Assembly (NCBI GenBank): GCA_001724245.1
Contig: MEDX01000003.1
Span: forward strand, 59,787 to 79,786
Direction of reading: 5' to 3'
DNA: 20,000 nt
From: Fonticula-like sp. SCN 57-25
Taxonomy: Eukaryota
Both the position numbers and the translations under genes were made by a program. The number at the start of each line of letters is the position of its first letter. The stretch's first letter is position 1. Below, in pieces: positions 1 through 9,152 of the stretch. The notes beneath the pieces were generated by a model, which did no database searches, was not told where the DNA came from, and worked only from the letters and a program-made list of their open reading frames with translations.

Positions 1-1716
1 CGGACGCTGCGTCGATCTCGTCCACCCTCGAGCCGAGCGCGTCGCAGTTTTCTAACTTTGCTCCTCTCCCCGCTGCCCCCGAGTCTTCCTCTACGGAGGC
101 GCTTCCCGAGCTGCGCCATGTTTTCGTGCGGTGTGCGCTCCTCTCGTACTGGGATGACCGCGAGGGGCCAAAGATCGAGCGCGTGTGGCGGAGCACCCAG
201 GATGACTCTGACGAAGACCTGTTGATGTACGTGTCGCGCCACACACTAAACGGCGAGATGATGCGCCCGTCGACAGAGGACATTGAGCCGCGCCTCTACG
301 TCCTCGGCGATCAAGGTGCGCAGGTCTTAATTGCGCAAGCTCCTCCGGCTAACACTGACCTGCAGGCGTCGCCGTAACCTCCTTTATCTTTTCGGGCTAC
401 AGCGGCGCGCAGACCTCTGCGCTCACGCTGAGCAAGTACTCTCTGTCAGTGCTTGTCCCGATGCATCTTCTCCAGCCCTACCTCGTTTACTACCCGCTGA
501 TCGCCGAGCGGCTCCCCCGTATCCTCGCGCGGCATCGTGTCGTCCAGAAAAAGGTACAAATTTGTTGTATCCCCGCCGCCGCCGCTGACGCCGCGCCCTT
601 GCCAGCTTGCCGTGGCGCCCCTTCCTGCCGGCGGCCGTCGCCCGAGCTCGGCGGACCACCTCTCGCGGCCACTGCTCGAGATGCTGTGCTCAATGGAAGA
701 GCTGTACGAGCACCACATCCCCGCCGACTACTCGCTCAGCGAGACCATCTTTGGGTCCGAGTATGAAGGGACGTACTCTGACCGGCCGTTCCTGTGGCGC
801 GCCTTTTCGTCGCACCTGCAGACGCACTGCCGGACGGTCGTGCTCGGCCACGACCTCCACACAGTCAACATTTTTATCAACTCGCTCGCGCTTCTCATGC
901 CACTCGCGCAGCGCAAGTGCTCCAGGCGCGCGCGCAAGGACACTTTCCGCAAGAATTTGAATGTTTTCTACCCCGAGGCGTTTGTCCAGGGGCTCATTTT
1001 GACGGTACGCGCGGTAATGTTTCGCGGCGGCGGCGCTAACTGCTTGCTGCAGCCCGACACGGACCGCGCGAGCATCCTGCAGGACATGCACGCGCTAGAG
1101 TCGCCCTTCCCGGTGACCGTCGTGGACCTGACGCGGCAGCTCGTCGAGCAGACCGAGGTGCTCAGCGCGTACTCGCGCACGCGCGACGAGTGCTTCAAGG
1201 ACGAGCTCCAGAACGAGCACACGGCAGAGACCGCCGCCTCCCTCATTGCGTGCGCACTTTTGACATTTATTTATGACGCCACGACTCACGCAGGAGCGCA
1301 GCAGCGGTCTGTTCCGCCCAACAAAAGAGTTTGCGCCCTTTGTGAAGCAGATGATCGCCGAGGCGTACCGCCTGCCGTACGCGCTGCGCAAGCAGCACCT
1401 GGCAGAGTCTAGGCGCATCGTAGAGCGCCGCGCACAGTCGCTCCTGACGCGCGTCGACGAGCACATCCAGTGCGCCCCTTTGCCGCCTATTTCTTTTTTC
1501 TGACCACTTCTTTTCAACAGAGACTCTGCCGCGAGCCGCAATTTGCCGCACACGGTGCTCAAGCGCGTCCGGGCCGAGCTCGGCCTCGACGACAACATTT
1601 CGTTCTACATTGTGCTGGCCGAGGCCGAGCGGATGCGGCCGGGCTCGTTCATGGAGATCCTCGCCGACCCGCACTCGATGGCCGAGAACCTGCGCGAGAT
1701 GATGGACGGCTTCTAG
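1..1716 (+). CDS. C9orf72: C9orf72-like DENN-family protein, 5'-partial; introns 316-365, 554-605, 1005-1052, 1250-1301 (acceptor uncertain), 1470-1520
   Basis: Spliced translation contains LSYWDDREGPKIERVW, SRHTLNGE, FLWRAFSSHLQTHCRTVVLG, FVQGL, PFPVTVVD and VLAEAERMRPG, collinear with C9orf72 motifs (FAYWDNILGPRV, HTLNGE, FLLNAISSHLQT, ALAEKIKPG). The frame is open from the window start and ends in TAG at 1714-1716. Confidence 0.9.
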
Positions 1717-1863
1717 ACGCTTTCGGGCAACAGTTTTTATGTGTGTATATTACTGCTGAGTGACAAACAAACAATCTATATTTGGAGCGCAGTGTCTCGG
1801 TCAGCGCGGGCGGCAAAGCACGGCCGCCTGCTACAATGCTCGCAATAAAAGGGGGCGAGAGGC

Positions 1864-2612
1864 TTAGAGGTCGCTGTACGCCAGGGTGCCCGTGGCGTCG
1901 CCGCTGCGGAAGCGCTTGAAGGCAAAGAAGGACGAGGCGCTCCACGCAAAGAACGAAAAGATGGCAAACGCAGCAGCGCCGTTGGTCTTGCCGCTCGTGG
2001 CCATGTTGGAGTTGGCGCCGACGGCATAGGCAATGCCGCCAGCAAACCAAAAGAGCGCAATGATGGCCGAAGTGGCGAGCTCGGCGATGGGCGCCTGGGG
2101 GAAACCCCGATGAGTCAGCATCGTGGCCAAAGCAAGGAAAAAGTCAGCCGTACCTTTGCGAGGAACTGCGGCGGGAGCGTGTGGCCGCGGACGTAAAGAA
2201 CAATGAAAACAACGTCAAAAATGATGCTGATGACAGCAGTGAAGACGATGAACGAGTGGAAGCCGAGCTTGAGCACCGAGATGGCAGCCGACGCCGCGCA
2301 GCTCACCGCCACAATGGCAAAAAAGATCTCAACAAGACGCAGAATAAACTAAAACCACAGTTAAAGTTAGACTTTTAATAAGACGCGCAGAATAGCCTCC
2401 CGCGCACCTTCTTGTCCTTGATCATTGAGGCCGGCGCCTCAGGGGCGCTGTAGGCACCGGGCTGCGGCGCCGACGAGACGCTCTCGGGCATGGCGGCGGG
2501 CGGAGGCGCGCTGTACTCACCCTCGTACGACTGCAACATGCACGAGTTAACCACTGAAAAGGACTCTGCCTTGCTCGGCAAAAGCGAGCGCGCGTACCTG
2601 GAAATCGGCCAT
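1864..2612 (-). CDS. MARVEL-domain four-TM membrane protein, ~187 aa; introns 2531-2597, 2349-2407, 2095-2153
   Basis: Spliced ORF MADFQSYEGEY...KFILRLVEIFFAIVA...ALFWFAGGIAYA...AAAFAIFSFFAW...SDL* has four hydrophobic helices and the MARVEL-type LRxxE start and AAAFxxF end. All three introns are GT-AG and frame-consistent. Confidence 0.8.
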
Positions 2613-2689
2613 TCTGGAAGCTCTTCTTTCTCACTTCACTGGTGCAGAGTCAAAGGGGAACAAAAACGGCCCGCGCGCTGATCCCTTGA

Positions 2690-2813
2690 TGACCATGATC
2701 TCCCTCCACTGACCATGGTCAGCGATTGCCCCATGTCCATGATAGGATCGTGACAATGGTCAGCGATTGCTTTCATGGGCATGAAAGTCAGCGTGATCAT
2801 GATTAGCGATCGC
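2690..2813. repeat. Degenerate direct-repeat array (TGACCATGGTCAGCGATTGC-like) in the divergent MARVEL/SKN7 intergenic region
   Basis: 20-mers at 2710-2729, 2751-2770 (1 mismatch) and 2794-2813 (4 mismatches), with half-copies at 2690, 2734 and 2776. CTGACCATGGTCAG at 2709-2722 is a perfect palindrome. Confidence 0.7.
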
Positions 2814-3011
2814 CTTGCTTTGAGGCAAGCCAGACGACCCCCTCCCCTTCCTTGAACCGTCGGAGGCCCTCAGCCCTCCGTGCCCGCGCGTTTTTTTCCG
2901 GTGTTTCTGCCAGCTACGCGCCTGGGCAGCTTTAGCAGAGGTCAACTCGCTTGGTGAACGCGCGGCGAATTGTTTGCGGCGGCCTGCTGAAAGGTCGATT
3001 GTGTGACGAGG

Positions 3012-4841
3012 ATGGCTGACGTGGAAGCCGACACTGCTGCCGGACTGGATGTCGCGGCGGCTTCCATCCCCGAGTTTGTTAGAAAACTGTTTCGGTACGT
3101 CGGGAGGGGTTGCTTAGGGGGAGATTGTGGCGTGCGTGTTAAAGTGATCTCGGCGCTAACACGCTATTTAATGCGCGCAGCATGCTGGACGATCCCACTT
3201 CGTCCGAGGTCGTAGAGTGGGCAGAGGATGGCGCGTCCTTCATCGTCAAGGACACGAACGAGTTTTCCAAGGAAGTCCTCCCAAAGCATTTTAAGCATAA
3301 CAACTTTGCTAGCTTTGTGCGCCAGCTCAACAAGTACGACTTTCACAAGGTGAAGGCGTCGGCGGACGGCACCGGCAAGCGCTACGGCGATTTTGCCTGG
3401 GAGTTTAAGCACCCCAACTTTACGCTGCACAGCATCGACCAGCTGAGCAATATTCGCCGGAAGCCGCCGTCGTCCAAAAAGTCGTTTGGCAAGGAGGAGT
3501 CCGAGGGCGTCAACATGATGCAGACGATGACCATGGTCCCCGGCGCCGTCCCGTCGGCCCCCGAGGTCAACCTGCTCAACCTTGGGCAGGCCGATCTCGC
3601 CAACTACCTGCAGACGCTCTCCAAGAACTACGAGACCGTCGTGCGTGACATGGTCATGGTGAAGCGCAACATGGCGGCGCAGGATCAGCTGATGCAGCAC
3701 CTCTTGCAGTACCTCGTCAACCGCGAGACGGGCAGTGCGTCTCTTTGTTTTTTTCTCTGACTGCGCTGACCCTTTTACCGCAGCCGGCGCGATTTCAAAT
3801 ATCAACCTCGCGAGCCTGCAGTCGGCGTCTGGCTACGGCGACGCGGCCGCGCGCCCGATGTCGCCGCGCCTGACCGCGCCGATGATCCCTTCGCACCTTC
3901 AGTCGCCGCAGCAGGGCGCGCTGGACCCTTCGATGTCGCCCGCCTCCATGCCGTACTCTGGCAACGTTGGCGTGCCGTCGGCGGGCATGCCGATGTCTGC
4001 CTTTTCGTCGACGCCCGCTATGTGGTCTCCCGCCGAGCTGCCGTCGTACGCCGCGTCGGCTTCGTTCGAGTCGATGGGCAACGCGACGTACCCGCAGCTG
4101 TCCGAGTCGTCCGTGAGCGCCATGGAGGAGCTGAGCCGCCGGAGCGGCACGGGCGCCGAGCCGCTCACCGTCACGACGCTGGGCATGCTGCGTCTGCGCG
4201 AGACGCCCGCCGAGCCGTCGTCCCCGCGGGCCTCAAACTCGATGCGCGTCGTACGCCAGACCTTTGTGCCGTCGTGGTCCGTGCCGCCCAAGGTGCTGCT
4301 CGTCGAGGACGACGCCACCTGCCGCATGGTCGCATCAAAGCTCCTGCAGATTGCGGGGTGCACTTTTGAGGTCGCCCACGACGGCATGGAGGCCGTCAGC
4401 AAGATGAACCTCGACAAGTACGACATTGTGCTCATGGTACGCCGCCGCCTGCGCGCACATGTTGTCATTTATTTTGGCCGCTAACGCATGGCACAGGACA
4501 TTCTCATGCCCAACATGGACGGCATCTCGGCGACGACGCAGATCCGCCAGTTTGACCCGGCGACGCCCGTCATCTCGATGACAACCAACACGTCGCGCGC
4601 AGACATCATGCGCTACATTGACACTGGCATGAACGACGTCCTCGGCAAGCCCTTCTCCAAGGAGAGCTTGATGACCATCATCCAGCGGTACTGCTCCCAC
4701 CTCGTCGACTTTCTCCAGAACCCCGGGATCGCGCCGGGCCGCGTCGACAACACGCAGGGCGGCGCGACCATCACCGAGGAGGAGGAGGCGGCCGACACGG
4801 TGCCGCCTAGCAAGAGGCTCAAGTCCGAGGTCTCCTTATAG
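3012..4841 (+). CDS. SKN7: Skn7/Prr1-like transcription factor (HSF-type DNA-binding domain, coiled coil, response-regulator receiver), ~544 aa; introns 3095-3180, 3735-3783, 4437-4496
   Basis: HSF domain EFVRKLFRML...LPKHFKHNNFASFVRQLNKYDFHKV...WEFKHPNF. Receiver domain WSVPPKVLLVEDD...YDIVLM|DILMPNMDG (phospho-acceptor Asp intact) ...ISMT...DVLGKPF. Confidence 0.95.
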
Positions 4842-4869
4842 CACGCGCACCGGCGATCGCGATCGCCGT

Positions 4870-4893
4870 GTTGTTGATGTTGTTGTTGTTGTT
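4870..4893 (+). repeat. Imperfect (GTT)n microsatellite in the SKN7 3' region
   Basis: gttgttgatgttgttgttgttgtt read directly. Confidence 0.7.
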
Positions 4894-5463
4894 TGCTGTT
4901 CGTTTCAATCTAGTAGTAGCTCGACGCCGTTGCGTCATATATGTTTGCGTTCGGAGCATGGCCTTTTCTCCCCTCTTGTCGTTTCACGCACGCGTCGCCA
5001 CCAGAGCTTGCGCCTCGCTGCGCGACATTTGTCGATGATCCACTGTGCCTTGTGTATTTCTAGTTAACTCGTTCTGGTCTTCTTTTGCGGCAGGTGGCTC
5101 CCATCTGCATTTCATGGCGTGTAGCTTTATGTGGATACTATGATACTAGCTTGTTGCCTCTGTGACGCACGAATGAATATGAACCTCTTTTACAATTGCC
5201 CCATTCCCGCGCTGAAACACCATTGGTCCACTTCAAACCGTGCGACTTTTTGTCATAAACACGGAATAGCGCCATATTTTCACGTTCTTCACCATTCCGG
5301 CCGGATATTTCCTTTTTAAGCAATAAAATTCCCAATATGGCGATGGTTTGCTTTTTCTGACGAATGGCATGCTTAGTGGGAATTGGGGCGAGGGGACCAA
5401 GGTCGGTTTCGTGGTCGGTCTCCAGCTTGTGTTGGAGGCTCCTGTCGAGAGGAGTTGTAAGCG

Positions 5464-7161
5464 ATGGTCCCTGGGGCAGAGATGCTGTCGACGTCGGGCG
5501 GAAGCTCTGTTGCTGCGCCGCCGAGCGGCCTTCGCTTCCGCGTTAACTCGCCTAATGTTCAGTACACGTCTGATCGCATTGTGAGCCGCTTCATGTATGA
5601 GGACACGTCGTGCGAGGTGACGCCGAGCGGCGAGGTTGTGGTGACGCCGAGCACGACGCAGTACACGTTCACGACGAGCACGGCGGTCCCGCGCATGGGC
5701 CTCATGCTTGTCGGCCTTGGCGGCAACAACGGCACGACGGTGGCGGCGAGCATCCTGGCCAACCGCGAAAAGATGGCGTGGCGCACCAAGGCCGGCCTTC
5801 AGCAACCCAACTACTTTGGCTCGCTGACGCAGGCGTCGACCGTGCGCCTCGGCAAGGACCCCAAGGGCGACAACATTTCGATCCCGTTCAAGGACATTCT
5901 CCCGATGGTGAACCCGAACGACATTGTCGTCGGCGGCTGGGACATTAGCGACGCCAATCTCGCCGTCGCGATGGAGCGCGCGCAGGTGCTCGAGCCCGAT
6001 CTCCAGCGCCAGGTTGCCCCCAAGCTCAGCGCCATCGTGCCGCTGCCGAGCATCTACTACCCCGACTTTATCGCCGCCAACCAGAGCGAGCGCGCCAACA
6101 ACGTGATGCGCGGGTCAAAGCAGGACAACCTGGAGCAGGTCCGCAAGGACATTCGCGACTTCCGCGCCGCCAACCAGCTCGACTCGGTCGTCGTCCTGTG
6201 GACCGCCAACACTGAGCGTTACGCCGACATCGTAGAGGGCGTCAACGACAGCGCCGACAACCTGCTCGCCGCCATCAAGGCGGGCCACTCGGAGGTTTCG
6301 CCGTCGACCGTGTTTGCCGTCGCCTGCATCCTCGAGGGTGTCCCGTTCATCAACGGATCGCCCCAGAACACTTTTGTCCCGGGTTGCGTGGAGCTCGCCG
6401 AGCGTCACCGCGTACGTTTAATGTGTTTGTAGTGTACCTTTTTATCGTTGTTGTTGCACGTCCTTGTGCTTTTGCCTTTTGTTCTTTTACTTTGCTCACC
6501 CCTTTCCGCGCAGTCCATTATTGCCGGCGACGACTTTAAGAGCGGCCAGACCAAGCTCAAGTCTGTCCTTGTTGACTTTTTGGTGAGCGCCGGCATCAAG
6601 CCGCTCTCGATCACGAGCTACAACCACCTCGGCAACAACGACGGCAAGAACCTTTCTGCCCCCTCGCAGTTCCGCTCCAAGGAGATCTCCAAGAGCAACG
6701 TGGTCGACGACATGGTCGCCTCAAACGACGTGCTGTACAAGACCGGCGAGCATCCCGACCACGTGGTCGTGATCAAGTATGTCCCCGCGGTGGGCGACAG
6801 CAAGCGCGCCATGGACGAGTACTACAACGAGATCTTTATGGGCGGCCGCAACACGATCGCGATCCACAACGTGTGCGAGGACAGCCTGCTCGCCGCGCCG
6901 CTGCTGCTCGACCTCGCCATCATCACCGAGCTCTTTTCGCGCATCCGCTTCACCAAGGGCGAGAGCAAGGATGCCGAGCCGCAGCCGTTCCACCCGGTGC
7001 TCTCGGCGCTCAGCTACCTGCTCAAGGCGCCGCTCGTGCCCCGCGGCCAGAATGTCGTCAACTCGCTGTTTAGGCAGCGCCAGGCGCTCGAGAACATTCT
7101 GCGCGCGTGCGTTGGGCTCCCGCCGCAGAACGACATGCTCCTCGAGGAGCGCGCGTTCTAG
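5464..7161 (+). CDS. INO1: Myo-inositol-1-phosphate synthase, ~531 aa; intron 6412-6513
   Basis: All four MIPS signatures are present: [30 protein letters not shown] and [10 protein letters not shown], plus [11 protein letters not shown] and CEDSLLA. The start ATG is not certain. Confidence 0.98.
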
Positions 7162-7388
7162 GCGGAGAGCGCGAAAAAAAGGGCAATTTCTTCCAGTTCT
7201 TTCAGTTCTCCGGCAAGTTTTTTCTCAATTCCCCATGATTCATTTAACTTTCTCAAGCGGGCTACAATAGAAAAGCTGTTTATTTCATTGCCTACGGCTG
7301 TTTCGCCGCCTTTTATATACAAAAACTATCGTCCACTCAAAAAGATCAGTTAAACGTCCTCGTCCAAAACCAGATGCAGCGGCACTCA

Positions 7389-7669
7389 TCAGTGTTGGCT
7401 CGAAGGCGCCGCAATGGTCCCTTCTCTCAGTTCCCTAAGCAACAGGTCAAGCTTCTCGCGCAGACGACGGAGCAACGCATCGTCGGCGATCTGCAGAGGT
7501 CGGTTAGCGCGGGATCAGCCGACATCGACGCCGTACCTCTGACGGCTGGCCAATAAGATCAAGAAGGCGCTCGACCTCCTCTTCTGCATCACCGCATAAT
7601 GACGTGAGCGGCACGGCCCCCAAAGCCAGGCGGCGCACCTGCGAGAATAATGGGCCCGCGTGCAGGCAT
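7389..7669 (-). CDS. Small spliced protein, 59 aa (MPARGPIILAEEEVERLLDLIGQPSEIADDALLRRLREKLDLLLRELREGTIAAPSSQH); introns 7584-7638, 7491-7536
   Basis: CCACCATG start context. Two introns with local-consensus donors (GTGCGC, GTACGG), CTCAC/CTAAC branch sites and TGCAG acceptors join into one frame, which ends TGA TGA. Confidence 0.8.
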
Positions 7670-7800
7670 GGTGGAGCAGCGTCGGTCTTTTGGCAGGCAC
7701 CCACACGTCTAAAGTGATGTGTCAGCACTGTGACTGGTGTGTCAGCATTGTGTGCGCCGAGCGCGCATGCCGTTGAGCACGCACGGCGAAGAGCGGCGCG

Positions 7801-8847
7801 ATGGCTGCGCATACGACTGGAATTAACTGCACACAGGACGACGCACATGCCTGCACGTTGCTCGAAACAGAAGAGGCGCATTATCATTGGCATTTCTCGT
7901 CTCGCTACAAACCGCCATCGAGTGCCGGATCTCCCCATGAGCTGATCGTCGATGCCTCGCCTGCGGCCACGCGCGACTCTGACCCGGACGACGATCTGTT
8001 TGAGCATGTCTTGTCTCTCGGCCCTCCCGAGAGCCATTTCCTTCCCATCGTGGTTGATCCCTCGACAGCGACGCGCATTGTTCGCTCGTACGATGGCGCT
8101 GCTCTTGCTGCCCTTCCACAGGCGCGCCTCGTCGTAGTGTCTTCGAGCACGCTCAAAGCCGGCACTGTGTTTCTCGTAGACGCGTCAGACTCGACTGTTA
8201 TTGGCCGCGACCGCGCGAACGACACTCGCCTGCGCGTGCCCGAGCTGCAAGTGAGCAAGCGTCACTGCGCCGTCTACTTTGACCGCTCGGCGTCGCCCGA
8301 CCGCCCCGCCCAGTGGCCGCTCGTCGTCTTCGACTATGGCTCGCAGAACGGCACATTTATAAATGGCGCGCGCCTTTCTCCCGCGCGCACACCGAGCGAG
8401 CCGACACTGTTGCGGCACGGCGCGACCCTCAGCGTCGGCGGCCTGACGTCGTTTTCCGTGCACGTCCACGGCGGGTGGCCACGGTGGTGCGACGACTGCC
8501 GCACGACCGACGCCGAACAGGGAAAGTACGACCAGCAGACGCGCGAGGCGCCCGATCCGCCCGCCAAGCCGACCGTGAGCGAGCAGTGGAGCGCGGTCGA
8601 GGAGGCAAGAACGGCGCGCGAGCACGAGCTGCGGCGGCTGAGGAGGGGCGCGGCGCCGCTGCGGAATACAAGAAAGGGAATTGATAGGGCGGCAGAGCGG
8701 CGCGCGCAGGTGGGGAGCGTGTTTGACTTGCGGCAGCAGGTAGAGGCGCAGCCGACCAATAAGCAACGCGGCGAGGCACGAGACAGGCGAGTGGGTGGAC
8801 AGGGCGGCGACGCGGCTGATAGACACGGGCTGGGGTACTCGGCATGA
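7801..8847 (+). CDS. FHA-domain protein, AGGF1-like, 348 aa, apparently intronless
   Basis: FHA motifs TVIGRD, VSKRHCAV and DYGSQNGTFING are followed by VHVH...CDDC, ELRRLRR and DRAAERR, as in AGGF1-type proteins. The C-terminal GLG is a G-patch remnant. Confidence 0.8.
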   Translation: MAAHTTGINCTQDDAHACTLLETEEAHYHWHFSSRYKPPSSAGSPHELIVDASPAATRDSDPDDDLFEHVLSLGPPESHFLPIVVDPSTATRIVRSYDGAALAALPQARLVVVSSSTLKAGTVFLVDASDSTVIGRDRANDTRLRVPELQVSKRHCAVYFDRSASPDRPAQWPLVVFDYGSQNGTFINGARLSPARTPSEPTLLRHGATLSVGGLTSFSVHVHGGWPRWCDDCRTTDAEQGKYDQQTREAPDPPAKPTVSEQWSAVEEARTAREHELRRLRRGAAPLRNTRKGIDRAAERRAQVGSVFDLRQQVEAQPTNKQRGEARDRRVGGQGGDAADRHGLGYSA

Positions 8848-9152
8848 GACTCAGCTCATAACATTTTTGATATTCATTGTTGTGTTTTTGCATTTTTTTG
8901 CCTCTCTACCTGTGTACAATATTGATACTTGCATTTCGTCAACCTGATCCTAAAACGAAAGATGCATTATTGGTTATTATTTCTTTGCTTCTCCACAGGT
9001 GCACTCTATTACTAAAAGAACAACAGCACAACTCTATAGCAAATGTGACTATGCATAATGTTGTGCTTTTTACAAGTATGCATCGTACCTATTTGTGTCA
9101 CTCTGACTCTGACGCTTGCAGACAGATCCATCCACGTGGCCAAACGGTGAGG

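Noticed and set aside
1248-1293. Alternative GC-AG boundary for C9orf72 intron 4
   Set aside because: GT-AG 1250-1301 keeps the frame, matches the donor consensus and gives a more normal branch-to-AG distance. It remains unresolved without RNA data.
4900-5460. snoRNA or ICRE/UAS-INO element upstream of INO1
   Set aside because: I found no exact C/D box pair with a terminal stem and no exact CATGTGAA match.
7374-7556. + strand 60-aa ORF and other ORF-track calls between INO1 and the FHA gene
   Set aside because: They are better explained as shadows of the spliced minus-strand microprotein.
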